This document shows positions 19,309 through 30,038 of a DNA stretch of 64,000 nucleotides, piece after piece. Made by a program: the position numbers and the translations under genes. The notes under the pieces are model-generated. The model ran no database searches and was not told the origin of the DNA. It saw nothing but the letters and a program-made list of their open reading frames with translations. Numbering within the stretch: the first letter of the stretch is position 1; each line of letters opens with the position of its first letter. This DNA comes from an uncultured virus (IMG/VR IMGVR_UViG_3300042868_007713) (taxonomy: Duplodnaviria; Heunggongvirae; Uroviricota; Caudoviricetes): the IMG/VR virus record IMGVR_UViG_3300042868_007713. One strand, written 5' to 3'.

Positions 19309-19909
19309 TATACTATTAAATAAAGACAGATATAAAGAAGAATTTTCTAACTGTATGGTAGAAAATTTTAATTATAATAATTATGGCATTCAGTGTGCAC
19401 CAACTCCTGTTGATTGTGAATTAGCTCAACTTAGATATGAAATATTAAAATGGGCAGAAAATGAAGATTCAGGAGCATTAACACAAATTAGTGTAGCATA
19501 TATGTCATGGTTGCCTGTCACATTTAATGGTAATCCAGCTGCTTACATTGGAGGATTTACATCAGCAGGACAAACTTGTTCAGGTGGTCCTATTATTCCA
19601 TGTTGTGATTTAGGATTTTCTTATCCTACAGATAATGGAAATGTAAATGTTGTAGATGTAAATGTTGGGGGATGTTGTACAAGAATTAATATAAATCCTA
19701 ATATAACAATAAATGGTGGTTCGTACCAGTACTATATTCCTACTGCTTCTGCTGTTTGGAACATTTCTCATAATCTTGGGTTTGTACCTAATGTACTTAC
19801 TACTGACTTATCTGGTAATGAAATTTCTGGAGTTGTTACAGATGCCACTATATCTATTTTACAAATAACATTTTCAGAACCTGTTTCAGGTTATGCTTAT
19901 TTATCATAA
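19301..19909 (+). CDS. Virion/fibre-associated protein
   Basis: C-terminal W.I.HNLG..P.V...I.F..PVSGYAYLS beta module typical of phage fibre proteins. Confidence 0.6.
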   Translation: MSNILLNKDRYKEEFSNCMVENFNYNNYGIQCAPTPVDCELAQLRYEILKWAENEDSGALTQISVAYMSWLPVTFNGNPAAYIGGFTSAGQTCSGGPIIPCCDLGFSYPTDNGNVNVVDVNVGGCCTRININPNITINGGSYQYYIPTASAVWNISHNLGFVPNVLTTDLSGNEISGVVTDATISILQITFSEPVSGYAYLS

Positions 19910-20625
19910 TGCCTAGTATAGACAAAAAATATTATCATAATCTTGACCTTGATTCAAATGAAATCAAAGCAGGTAGAATATATAATTTAACTACTACACA
20001 AAGAAATGCATTAAGTTTAACTACAACTGATAAAGGATACCTTGTATATGATATAACATTATTGTCATTATTTGTATGGAATGGTACAGCTTGGACATCA
20101 GCAGGCGGGGGTTCACAAAATTTACAACAAGTTACAACAACAGGTAATACTACTACTAACAATATTATATTAAATAGTACAACTGGGGAATATCCAAATA
20201 ATGCTATAGGACAAAATATTATTACAGATAGTTCTATTTCTATAGATTATTCTAGTGCAACATATCCATTTAATTATACAAGTTCTTTAGTTGGTGGTGC
20301 ATTACAATTAACTTCAGGTAATAGTACAGTATCTGCATCTGTACAAACAGGTGATGGTAATCTATACATGACTTATGTTGATACAGCAAATAATATTAAT
20401 GGAGAAATAACTTTAGAATCAGGAACAGATTTTAATTCTCCTTATTTAGCATTAACTAATAAAATACCTGCAATTGGGTATTTAAAAGTTACAGATTTAA
20501 CAAATCTTATAACATTAGAATTTCCTAATAAAGCAACAGGTACATATACTATTGCAACAACTGCTGATATACCAACAAGTACATCTGTAGGTTTTGAACA
20601 AAATTTTTTATTAATGGGAGCATAA
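19909..20625 (+). CDS. Tail fibre-like protein
   Basis: LTTTQRNAL...GYLVYD...WNGTAW and LQQVTTTGNTTTN motifs. Confidence 0.65.
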   Translation: MPSIDKKYYHNLDLDSNEIKAGRIYNLTTTQRNALSLTTTDKGYLVYDITLLSLFVWNGTAWTSAGGGSQNLQQVTTTGNTTTNNIILNSTTGEYPNNAIGQNIITDSSISIDYSSATYPFNYTSSLVGGALQLTSGNSTVSASVQTGDGNLYMTYVDTANNINGEITLESGTDFNSPYLALTNKIPAIGYLKVTDLTNLITLEFPNKATGTYTIATTADIPTSTSVGFEQNFLLMGA

Positions 20626-20629
20626 AATT

Positions 20630-20959
20630 ATGGGAAACGTATATAAAATATTAGGACAAAGTAGTCCATCAGCAACAACAGTAACAGATTTATATACTGT
20701 TCCTTCTGCTACATCAACTGTATGTAGTTCTTTATCTATATGCAATAGAGGAACTACACAAACAACATTTAGAATTTCTATATCTGCTGCCGGTGCTGCA
20801 ACATCTAATAAAGATTATCTTTACTATGATGTTATATTAGCAGGTAATGATACATTTATTGCTACAATAGGTGTAACACTTGCAACTACAGATAAAATAA
20901 GAGTTTATTCAGGAAACAGTAACCTATCATTTCAAGTTTGGGGTACAGAAATTAGTTAA
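20630..20959 (+). CDS. Small beta-sandwich virion protein
   Basis: YKILGQ..P...DLYTVP...ICNR...L...DKIRV...FQVWGTEI pattern common in phage fibre clusters. Confidence 0.6.
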   Translation: MGNVYKILGQSSPSATTVTDLYTVPSATSTVCSSLSICNRGTTQTTFRISISAAGAATSNKDYLYYDVILAGNDTFIATIGVTLATTDKIRVYSGNSNLSFQVWGTEIS

Positions 20960-20961
20960 TT

Positions 20962-22212
20962 ATGGCACAGAATTATTCAGGATATAATATAATAAGCCCA
21001 GGAGTTACTATTAAAGATAGTGCTAATTTAGATGCATTTAGTAGATTAAGGGTATCAAATCCTCTTATTTTACATAATAGTCAATTTACATATGACCTTG
21101 CTCCTATTGTATATGAGCAAATAACAAATGGTACAGGAGCTACTGTTACACATGATACAACTAATAGATGTGGTTTAATGACTTTTTCATCAACTGGATC
21201 AGGTGGTAAAAGTTATATGCAAAGTTATGAATATCTTCCATATCAACCTGGTAGATCACAATTAATATTTGTAACATTTAATATGATAGCTGCTGTAGCT
21301 AATACATTAAAGTTTGCAGGATATTCAGATGGTGTAAATGGTATAGAATTTCAATTAAACGGAACTACAAAACAATTCACAATATATTCAGGTAGTTCTT
21401 CTGGAAATGAAACAGTTGCACAAGCATCATGGAATTTAGATAAATTAGATGGTACAGGCCCAAGTGGTATAACATTAGATATTACAAAAACACAAATTTT
21501 TGTAATAGATATTCAAGCACTTTATGTAGGAAGGGTTAGAATTGGATTTGATATAGGTGGTTCAGTAATATATGCTCATGAATTTAAACATGCTAATTTA
21601 ATAGCATATCCTTATATACAAACAGCTAACTTACCTGTAAGATGTGGTATGACTTGTTCTGGTACAGTCAGTACAACAATGAATTTTATTTGTTCTGCTG
21701 TAATATCTGAAGGAGGTAGTGAAGATATAAATGTATATGGATATACATTTGCTCAAGATTCAGGTTCTGTATCTGTAACTACTGGAGGAACACATCTTAT
21801 GAGCCTTAGACCTAGAACAACATTTAATAGTATTGCAAACAGATCAAGAGTTGCATTTATAGATGTAGAAATTTTTAATGCAGGTAATCAAGCTGTTCAA
21901 TGGCAATTATGTTTAGGACAAGCTATATCTGGAACTACAACATATAATAATGTAAATACAAGTTATTCAAGTTCTGAATATAATGTAGTTGGTACACTTA
22001 GCGGAAGTCCATCAATTATAATAGATGGTGGTTATATACCTGCATCTGGTTCACAAAAAACTATGGTAAATACTGCTGTTATATCAAGATACCCAATTAC
22101 ATTAGATGCAGCAGGTGCTGTTAGAGCAATGGGTACTATAACATTAAAAGCTACATCTTTATCAGGTACACAAACATGTTATGCAGGAATTAAATTTAGA
22201 GAAATAAGATAA
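20962..22212 (+). CDS. Virion protein (lectin/jelly-roll-like)
   Basis: DAFSRLRVSNP, YQPGRSQL, Q.SWN.DKLDGTGPSG.TLD, GRVRIGF motifs. Confidence 0.6.
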   Translation: MAQNYSGYNIISPGVTIKDSANLDAFSRLRVSNPLILHNSQFTYDLAPIVYEQITNGTGATVTHDTTNRCGLMTFSSTGSGGKSYMQSYEYLPYQPGRSQLIFVTFNMIAAVANTLKFAGYSDGVNGIEFQLNGTTKQFTIYSGSSSGNETVAQASWNLDKLDGTGPSGITLDITKTQIFVIDIQALYVGRVRIGFDIGGSVIYAHEFKHANLIAYPYIQTANLPVRCGMTCSGTVSTTMNFICSAVISEGGSEDINVYGYTFAQDSGSVSVTTGGTHLMSLRPRTTFNSIANRSRVAFIDVEIFNAGNQAVQWQLCLGQAISGTTTYNNVNTSYSSSEYNVVGTLSGSPSIIIDGGYIPASGSQKTMVNTAVISRYPITLDAAGAVRAMGTITLKATSLSGTQTCYAGIKFREIR

Positions 22213-22221
22213 TAATAAAAA

Positions 22222-23223
22222 ATGGCACAAGGAACTACAAGAGGGGTACCTATAGATACTGATCCACTATTAACAGCAGATAGTGATTTACTTGTACCTT
22301 CACAAAAAGCTGTAAAAGCATATGCTGATACAAAAGGAAATATGATATTAGCTTCTGCACAAACTAATTCAGGAGCTAAAACATTTTTAGATACAAGTTT
22401 ATTATTAAGAAATGTAGCAAATACATTTAACGGTTCTTTTACAAATACTAATACAGCAGATAGGGTTTATACTTTACCCAATGCTGCTGGAACTATAGCA
22501 TTAACAAGTGATTTAACAAGTTACGTACCTTATACAGGAGCAGCTAGTAATGTTAACTTAGGTGCAAATAGTTTATTTACTAGTATTTTAGGAGTTGGTA
22601 TTTCAAGTAGTTTATTAGCAACTGCCCATGTTAGAGGTAGTTCAGCATCATCAGGAAGTAGTTTTTTAGTACAAAATTCTACACCTGTTAATATTTTTAA
22701 TGTTTTAAATAATGGTTTTGTTGGTATTGGAACTAATACTCCAATAAGTTTATTACATATAGGTACTGGTTCTGGTACAAGTTTAGGAGATTTTACAACT
22801 CCAGTTATTACATTTAACACATTAAATAATGGTATTTATTTAGATGCAAATAGACTTTTTTTTAAAGTAGCTGGAGGTTTTAATTTTGGTTTAGATTCTA
22901 CTGGAGCAATTGGTAATCAATTTAGAATTAATGGAGCAACTTCAAATAATTTAACTACTCCTATTTTTGTACCATATAGACTTAATGCTGCAGGATTAGC
23001 ATCTGGATTTGGTGGTAATAGTGCTGGTGATATTTGTTTAATTACAAACAGTACTACTAGATTAAGAATTAATACTAATGGAGATTTAGGATTTTTTGGG
23101 GTTACTCCTGTAGCAAGACAAACATTAGGAGAAGGAACAGCAGGTGCAACTTATGGTACAAATGAACAAGGAATGTTACAAAGAGTTTATACTGCTATAA
23201 GAAATTACGGATTAGGAACATAA
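22222..23223 (+). CDS. Tail fibre protein
   Basis: VPSQKAVKAY, YVPYTGA..NVNLG, GFVGIGTNTP...LHI, RLRINTNGDLG. Confidence 0.7.
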   Translation: MAQGTTRGVPIDTDPLLTADSDLLVPSQKAVKAYADTKGNMILASAQTNSGAKTFLDTSLLLRNVANTFNGSFTNTNTADRVYTLPNAAGTIALTSDLTSYVPYTGAASNVNLGANSLFTSILGVGISSSLLATAHVRGSSASSGSSFLVQNSTPVNIFNVLNNGFVGIGTNTPISLLHIGTGSGTSLGDFTTPVITFNTLNNGIYLDANRLFFKVAGGFNFGLDSTGAIGNQFRINGATSNNLTTPIFVPYRLNAAGLASGFGGNSAGDICLITNSTTRLRINTNGDLGFFGVTPVARQTLGEGTAGATYGTNEQGMLQRVYTAIRNYGLGT

Positions 23224-23235
23224 AAACAATATATA

Positions 23236-23529
23236 ATGGCAATAAAAATTACAGGATTTTTTACTAATCCAATTAATGAACAAATATTTAAAGACCCTAT
23301 TTTAATATTAGTACCACATTTAGAACCATATGGTAAAATAAATATGGATGTTAATATAACAAATTTAAATGGAGATATAAAAGGATCTATTGCTTATAGT
23401 GATATTACTAATTTAACTTATGAACAAACAGAAGTTAATCCTTATGTAAAATTAATTAACGCATTACAAAATTATGTAATAAGTAAATTGTTAGAAATTT
23501 ATCCTGATTTAGTTTATGAATTTATTTAA
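23236..23529 (+). CDS. Hypothetical protein (possible fibre chaperone)
   Basis: 97 aa directly after the fibre gene. Confidence 0.55.
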   Translation: MAIKITGFFTNPINEQIFKDPILILVPHLEPYGKINMDVNITNLNGDIKGSIAYSDITNLTYEQTEVNPYVKLINALQNYVISKLLEIYPDLVYEFI

Positions 23530-23546
23530 TATTATATCTTTGTAAT

Positions 23547-23822
23547 ATGAAAAAATATAATTTTAGTAAAATAATAAAAACAGTTGATAATACAGAAAGT
23601 ATAAAGTTATCATCAGCTTTACGTAGTATATTAGCTATTGCTAATAAAATTGAAAATCCTTTAAAAGCTTATGGTTGGTATACAACATTAGAAAATTCAG
23701 ATGAGTTAATGTTAGATGAATCTGATAAAAGATTGCTATATAATTTTATAGAAACTAATGATACTATTTACCTATTTGTTAAAGGACCTCTTTTAGAAAC
23801 ATTAAATAATAATGTAGATTAA
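23547..23822 (+). CDS. Hypothetical protein
   Basis: 91 aa. TATCTTTG at 23535-23542 just upstream. Confidence 0.6.
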   Translation: MKKYNFSKIIKTVDNTESIKLSSALRSILAIANKIENPLKAYGWYTTLENSDELMLDESDKRLLYNFIETNDTIYLFVKGPLLETLNNNVD

Positions 23823-23838
23823 TATAATAATTACTTTT

Positions 23839-23870
23839 TTTGAAAAATAGATAAAAAAAGTGTATATTAT
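23839..23870 (+). promoter_or_regulatory. Candidate phage promoter TTTG-N20-TATATTAT
   Basis: TTTG 23839-23842 and TATATTAT 23863-23870. The ATG at 23876 follows almost immediately. Confidence 0.55.
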
Positions 23871-23875
23871 ATTAT

Positions 23876-24154
23876 ATGAAACCAGTTAAATCAAATTTAG
23901 CAGACATCAGTTGTGCACCTGTTGCATCTAACTGTGTTATCTGGGATGGTCCAGATTTATGTTGTATTCCAGAATGTGCAGGTGATACAATGAGTAATGT
24001 TATGTTTAAAACTTCTCAAGAAGTATGTCATCATAAAGCATTACTTGATTTATCAGTTTTAAATTTAGGAGACTTAGCTCCTTTACCTGGTGATGGTACA
24101 AGAACCCTTGCAAATGTATTGCAAGCTATTATTAACAGAATACAAAATCCATAA
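23876..24154 (+). CDS. Cys-rich structural protein
   Basis: CAPVASNCVIWDGPDLCCI module shared with the 25384 and 26888 proteins. Confidence 0.65.
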   Translation: MKPVKSNLADISCAPVASNCVIWDGPDLCCIPECAGDTMSNVMFKTSQEVCHHKALLDLSVLNLGDLAPLPGDGTRTLANVLQAIINRIQNP

Positions 24155-25371
24155 TGCCTACACCTAAAATAGACATATTAGTAAATTTATTACAGCAGCT
24201 TCAACCAGATCCTGCAACTACTACTGTACCCTTAAATGATGCTGATCAACCTTTAGATTATTCTAGATTAATAGGTAATAAAGTTATTGATCATGATAAT
24301 AGCATTGGTCAATTAATAAGTAGTTTAAATAATTTATATAGTACTGTTACTGTTTTAGAAGGTGAAGTTACAAATTTATATACTGCTGTTAATCCTGTTC
24401 CTGATTTTGCTTTTTATGACATAATGGGGGATTATTTATTACACAGCATTGAAGAAATTACATTAGAGATTGGTGATCAACTTGTTACATTACGTACTGC
24501 TACTGGAGACAGTACAGGATTAATTGAAGCAATAGATTATCAAAATCAGTTATATTCTTCACCATTAGCATCTCAACCATCATTAAGTTCACCTACTGAT
24601 ACCATGGCAGATTTGCCTGGTTGGGCAACTGATACAAATTTTGTATCTGACACTTTAAAAAATATGTGGATTACTGTAAATGATATGAGATTAGCAACTA
24701 GTAATTATTTAACATATAGAGGTGTATCAAGTTGTTCAGCAGTTAGTATTGATTATTCAGTTGTTGTTAATATTCCTAATCAAAGTATTACTTTATTTTT
24801 TGTAGGTAATTCAACTATCCCAGAAGGTTTTGTTGATGTTAATAGTATAGGAGGATCTTTAACAATAACAGATGGTTCAACTACACCAAATGTATTTACA
24901 ACATTTGTTAATGTAAGTCAAGCTAATAATAATACTGGTGGTGTTACAATAAATTTATCTGGAACTAATATTAATTTATATACAACATTAAGTTTATCTT
25001 TAGTATATAATTTAACAAATAATGATTTAACTTGTGGTGGAACAGTACCAACAAAAACAATTAGTCCTATTGCTACCCCTTGTGTTACAAGTAGTATATC
25101 TCCTTTATCTGCAACATCATTTACAGCTAGTTATTTTTTACAAGTAGTAAATCAAATTATTACATATAAAATAGAAACTTTTACTGATCCTGGTTGTACA
25201 ACTGCTGTTTCAAGTAGTGCACAAACAACTGTAAATCCTACATTAAATACTATTAATTATACAATATCAGGATTAACAACAGCTACAACTTATTATGTTA
25301 GAATGAGTGTTAGTATTGGAGGTAATACTTATGTAAATTGTCCTAACATTCAATCAGTTAAAACCTTATAA
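24154..25371 (+). CDS. Virion protein with coiled coil and C-terminal FN3-like domain
   Basis: TAATG coupling. ISGLTTATTYYVRM FN3 signature. Confidence 0.65.
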   Translation: MPTPKIDILVNLLQQLQPDPATTTVPLNDADQPLDYSRLIGNKVIDHDNSIGQLISSLNNLYSTVTVLEGEVTNLYTAVNPVPDFAFYDIMGDYLLHSIEEITLEIGDQLVTLRTATGDSTGLIEAIDYQNQLYSSPLASQPSLSSPTDTMADLPGWATDTNFVSDTLKNMWITVNDMRLATSNYLTYRGVSSCSAVSIDYSVVVNIPNQSITLFFVGNSTIPEGFVDVNSIGGSLTITDGSTTPNVFTTFVNVSQANNNTGGVTINLSGTNINLYTTLSLSLVYNLTNNDLTCGGTVPTKTISPIATPCVTSSISPLSATSFTASYFLQVVNQIITYKIETFTDPGCTTAVSSSAQTTVNPTLNTINYTISGLTTATTYYVRMSVSIGGNTYVNCPNIQSVKTL

Positions 25372-25383
25372 AATATTTAAAAT

Positions 25384-26880
25384 ATGTCATGCGGCTGCTC
25401 AAATACAACACCTACAGTAACTACTACAAATTGTGGTAGTTGTGGTTACAATTGTTCAAATTGTACATGTTCTACTAATCCTATTATTGAACCTGATGTG
25501 GTTTGTTCAGACCCAGAACCATGTAGTGAATTATTTCCGTTAGAATGTGTAATTTATACTGGAGAAGATATAGCATGTGCAGGAACAGCTAATACATTAT
25601 ATCCTAATGTAATACATTATTTAGCATTAGAAAATTCAAGTACTACTGCAAGAAATTTTGTAAGTATATTAAATAATATTAATGAACAATTATGTTATTT
25701 ATTTTCAAAAAATTATATTTCTCAACTTTTAACAAATATTCAAAATGATGAAACATTAAGTGCATTATTTTGTAGTATAGCATCAAGTTGTGATTGTGAT
25801 TGTAATATAACATGTGGTACAGTTAATTCAGCAACTTATGTATCAAATCCTTCAGGAATAGATACAATTAGTGTTAATTTTGCACAAGTTACTGGAGGAA
25901 ATACTAAAACTTTTAGTGGAACAATTAGTGGAACAACCCTTACTGTAACTGCAAATCCTGGATCAGTAGTATTTGCAGCAGGGCAAAAAATAACAGCAGG
26001 AACAAGTATTACTCCTAATACATTTATTACAGGAGGTAGTGGATCAACTTGGACATTAAGTCAATCATCAACTATTTCAACAGCAACTTTAATAACAGTT
26101 ACTCACATTACATATAAAGTATCTATATATAAAAATACTTTAGGTAGTTATTATTATATAAATGGACAAACTTCCGGTTTTTCTTTTCCAACTAATACTA
26201 CAGCTACAGCAAGCATATCTGTATTACTTGCAAATGATAATACAGAAAATTTAACTTGGCTTGTAACAGTTCAAGCAACTGATCAATTTGCAGTATTACC
26301 TTGTACTAGTGGTTATTATGATGCAGACCCTGAAACACCTGTACCAGTAAGTAATTATGATGGTTGTGGTTTTGGTATGACAACGCCCGTACCTGTTTTA
26401 GAATGTCCTATTATTTGTACTGATTATGGTATTCCTCGTTGTCTTAGTGTATTTAATAGTCCACAATGTTTAGCTCATTGGGGAACAGGTGCTACATATT
26501 TAACATTTGAGTTTGAACACACAAATCCTCCAACAACAAATTATCAAGTAGATTATTATATAATTCATTGGTATAAACAAACAGTATACGGAACTACTTT
26601 TGCAAGTAATCAATATAAAATGCAAAATGGAAGTTCACCAGATAATACAATTACAGTAACTATGAATCCTGAAACATTTATTATTACTACAGATATACCA
26701 AAAAATACAACTGATAATTGGCTTTTATTAATTACTCCTGTTTTAGTTGGTACAACAGAATGTAACACCGGATTTGCTGTTAGACCTTATAATGAAGAAA
26801 ATCCTTCAGCTACAGTACCTTATTTAGGTAGTGAATTAGTAACACCAAAATGTAATTGGTTTATTTATGATAAAAAATAA
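25384..26880 (+). CDS. Cys-rich virion protein
   Basis: N-terminal multi-Cys region, CVIYTG.DI.C module, inserted GTISGTTLTVT beta module. Confidence 0.65.
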   Translation: MSCGCSNTTPTVTTTNCGSCGYNCSNCTCSTNPIIEPDVVCSDPEPCSELFPLECVIYTGEDIACAGTANTLYPNVIHYLALENSSTTARNFVSILNNINEQLCYLFSKNYISQLLTNIQNDETLSALFCSIASSCDCDCNITCGTVNSATYVSNPSGIDTISVNFAQVTGGNTKTFSGTISGTTLTVTANPGSVVFAAGQKITAGTSITPNTFITGGSGSTWTLSQSSTISTATLITVTHITYKVSIYKNTLGSYYYINGQTSGFSFPTNTTATASISVLLANDNTENLTWLVTVQATDQFAVLPCTSGYYDADPETPVPVSNYDGCGFGMTTPVPVLECPIICTDYGIPRCLSVFNSPQCLAHWGTGATYLTFEFEHTNPPTTNYQVDYYIIHWYKQTVYGTTFASNQYKMQNGSSPDNTITVTMNPETFIITTDIPKNTTDNWLLLITPVLVGTTECNTGFAVRPYNEENPSATVPYLGSELVTPKCNWFIYDKK

Positions 26881-26887
26881 TTAATAA

Positions 26888-28624
26888 ATGGCATATACAA
26901 TAATTACAAATCCTATAACCAGTATTACTAGTACAGCAGCTGTATCAGGTGGTAATTCTATTACAGGATCTGGTGTTGTTGCTTTTAGAGGAATATGTTG
27001 GGATACAAATCCTTTACCTACTATTACTGATCCTAAAACTACAATTTCTGGAAATAGTACTGCTAATTTTACAGGTAATATAACATCACTAACTGCTGGT
27101 ACAACATATTATGTAAGAGCATATGTTACTGATGCAGCAACTAATACTTATTATGGTAATCAAATATCTTTTATAACTCAAAATATTATTACTACTGCTG
27201 CTAGTTCTATTACATCTACAACAGCAGTTTCAGGTGGTACGTTTACAGGAGTTACAGGTAATATAATTTCTGCTGGAGTATGTTGGGATTTAAGTTCTAA
27301 TGCTGATCCAGATATAAATGATACTAAAGCAACAAGTATAGTAATTGGCGGTTCTTTTACAACTAATGTAATGGGATTATTACCAAATACACAATATAAA
27401 ATAAGATGTTTTATACAAACAAATGTAGGTGTAGTTTATGGAGATGTTAAAACATTTACTACTACATCAACATTACCTACTGTAACTACAAGTGCTACTG
27501 TTAGTTCTATTGCAGCTACATCTTTTGTAGCAGGTGGTAATGTAACAGCATCAGGAGGTGCAACAGTAAGTGCTAGAGGTATTCAAAGAAGTCTTGATGT
27601 ATCAATGTCTTCTCCTACTAATGTAACTATTGGTTCTGGAACAGGTGCTTTTACTGGAACAGTTGGTAGTCTTACAGCAGGAACTACATATTATTTTAGA
27701 GCATTTGCTACTAATTCAAATGGAACATCTTATGGTCAAATTTATAGTACAGCAACATTAGGTGGTCCTACAGTTGTTACAACAGAACCATACAGTATTA
27801 CTAATAATTCTGCTATTGCAGTTTGTGATATTACTTCTAATGGAGGTGCAGCTATTACAAGAAGAGGTGTATGTTATAGCAATGTTGAAACATTACCTGC
27901 CACAGGTAATTCTATTGTTATTGATGATCCTAATTATGCACAAACAGAACCTTTTGTAACTACACTTATAAATTTAGATAGTGCTACTACTTATTATGTA
28001 AGAGCATTTGCTGAAAATAGTGTAAGTACATTATATGGTGAAACAAAAATATTTAGAACAACTGAATGTAATCCATTTATAGAAGATTGTAATCCTGTAG
28101 ATCCTATTATAGAATGTGCAGAACAAGTTTGTGTATATAACATTCCATCTGCTTGTGCTATATACAGTGGAGATAGTATTACTTGTGATAATGAATCATT
28201 TTCAAGTGTACCAACCAATACAGTTTTAGTAAATAATGTACAATTTATAGGTAGTATAACAACAACTGTACTTACAGTAACTTCAATGATTGAAGGTACA
28301 ATAACTAATGGTACTGTTATAGATGCTGTTGGTATTACTGCAAATACTAGTATTGTTGCACAATTAACAGGAGTTGTTGGTGGAATTGGTACATATACAG
28401 TTAATAATAGTCAAACTGTTACATTAAGAAAATTTAAAAATTTAAGATATTCAGCAGATGTAATATTAAATAACATAAACAATTCATTATGTAATATATT
28501 TGATACACAATATATTACAGATATGTTACTTGCAATTAAAAACACATATTATTTACAAGACCAATTTTGTGGTATAATTTGTAGTAACGGAGAAGATTGT
28601 GCATGTACACCTCCTGTTGAATAG
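26888..28624 (+). CDS. Virion protein with four FN3-like repeats and a C-terminal Cys module
   Basis: Four repeats of IT...A..GG...G.CW...L..[GN]T.YY.RA[YF]...YG....F.T. Confidence 0.75.
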   Translation: MAYTIITNPITSITSTAAVSGGNSITGSGVVAFRGICWDTNPLPTITDPKTTISGNSTANFTGNITSLTAGTTYYVRAYVTDAATNTYYGNQISFITQNIITTAASSITSTTAVSGGTFTGVTGNIISAGVCWDLSSNADPDINDTKATSIVIGGSFTTNVMGLLPNTQYKIRCFIQTNVGVVYGDVKTFTTTSTLPTVTTSATVSSIAATSFVAGGNVTASGGATVSARGIQRSLDVSMSSPTNVTIGSGTGAFTGTVGSLTAGTTYYFRAFATNSNGTSYGQIYSTATLGGPTVVTTEPYSITNNSAIAVCDITSNGGAAITRRGVCYSNVETLPATGNSIVIDDPNYAQTEPFVTTLINLDSATTYYVRAFAENSVSTLYGETKIFRTTECNPFIEDCNPVDPIIECAEQVCVYNIPSACAIYSGDSITCDNESFSSVPTNTVLVNNVQFIGSITTTVLTVTSMIEGTITNGTVIDAVGITANTSIVAQLTGVVGGIGTYTVNNSQTVTLRKFKNLRYSADVILNNINNSLCNIFDTQYITDMLLAIKNTYYLQDQFCGIICSNGEDCACTPPVE

Positions 28625-28663
28625 TATATATATAAAATTGTCAGTTTGTTGGTTTTCTGGCAT

Positions 28664-28696
28664 GACCCTGGTTAGTCTTAGCCGGGGTCCTTTTTT
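28664..28696 (+). terminator. Rho-independent terminator
   Basis: GACCCTGGTTA-GTCT-TAGCCGGGGTC (11 bp with 2 G-U pairs) followed by CTTTTTT. Confidence 0.8.
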
Positions 28697-28757
28697 ATAT
28701 AAACATTTCATTAACAAAAAAAATTAAATATTAATATTATTTTTAAAAAAAATTAAC

Positions 28758-30038
28758 ATGACATTTTCAAAAAATTTTGTAAAAACACTGACATTAAAAA
28801 AATCAAATTTGTATTGTGCAAAAAAACTAGGCATATCTGAAGAAGAATATGTAGCTATGAAAAGAAAATATAGAGAAAATAAAAATGATAAATTTGTTAC
28901 AATAAAAGAAAATAAAATAATTGAGTTTTCTGAAAATGTAAGTGAAGGTACAGCTAACATAAAAGGGTTTTCAATAACAGAACCAAAGTCAGCAGAAGAA
29001 ATAGAATCTATTTTAAAAATAGATAAAACAAAATGGTCACTATCTTCATATTGGAATAAACAACATAAGAATTCAAAACAAGAAGATTATTGGATTATTT
29101 CTGCAATGGTTGTTAAGAAAAAAGAAAATGACATTGTATTTGAAAATCTTGAAAGTATATTAAGTGATATATTTAAAGATAAAAAAACATTTGTAAAAGA
29201 AAAAAATGTTAAAATAACTAACAATAAATCTTTATTTATATATACTTCTGATAAACATATTGGTGCTTATGTAGATAAAAATAATGCTATGTATTTAAAT
29301 GAATACAATGGTGTTACTTATATGCAAAGAATGATGCTAATTGTTTTAGAAATAAAATATTTAGTAGATATGTTTGGAACATTTGAAGACATTTATATTA
29401 TTGATTTAGGTGATAGAATGGATGGTTTAAATGGTTATACTACAAGGGGTGGTCATAAACTTCCACAAAACATGAGTGATAAAACAGCATTTGAAACTGC
29501 TTTAACTGTAGAAAAAGATTTTTATGATTCAATATTTCAAAATCAATATGCTGCAAATTATCATATGATTACAAATGCTTGTTCTAATCATGGTGGGGTT
29601 TTTGATTATGTAGTAGCTAGAGCTTTAGAAATATATGTAAATACTAAATATCCTTTTGTAAAAACATCTGTTCAAGAAAAATTTATTCAGCATATTGAAT
29701 ATGGAAAACATGTAATATTATTTACACATGGTAAAGATACAGAAGATATGAAACATGGATTACCATTACATGTTAATGATAAAACAGAAAATTACATTAA
29801 TAAATATTTAATGTATCACAATATTGATTTTAAAAATAAAACAGTAAGTTTAATTAAAGGTGATTTACATAGGGATACTTCTGAAATAACTTACGGGTTT
29901 AGATATAAAAATGTACTATCATTATTTGGTGGTTCAAAATGGATAGGTACAAACTTTGGTCCTACAAAAGCAGGTTGCTCATTTGATATAATAGAAAAGA
30001 ATACAGATAGAATTTTTGAACATAAAATATTATTCTAA
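28758..30038 (+). CDS. Calcineurin-like metallophosphoesterase with N-terminal extension
   Basis: SDKHIG, DLGDRMDG, SNHG, THG and GDLH motifs. The N-terminal CAKKLGISEEEY looks HTH-like. Confidence 0.85.
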   Translation: MTFSKNFVKTLTLKKSNLYCAKKLGISEEEYVAMKRKYRENKNDKFVTIKENKIIEFSENVSEGTANIKGFSITEPKSAEEIESILKIDKTKWSLSSYWNKQHKNSKQEDYWIISAMVVKKKENDIVFENLESILSDIFKDKKTFVKEKNVKITNNKSLFIYTSDKHIGAYVDKNNAMYLNEYNGVTYMQRMMLIVLEIKYLVDMFGTFEDIYIIDLGDRMDGLNGYTTRGGHKLPQNMSDKTAFETALTVEKDFYDSIFQNQYAANYHMITNACSNHGGVFDYVVARALEIYVNTKYPFVKTSVQEKFIQHIEYGKHVILFTHGKDTEDMKHGLPLHVNDKTENYINKYLMYHNIDFKNKTVSLIKGDLHRDTSEITYGFRYKNVLSLFGGSKWIGTNFGPTKAGCSFDIIEKNTDRIFEHKILF

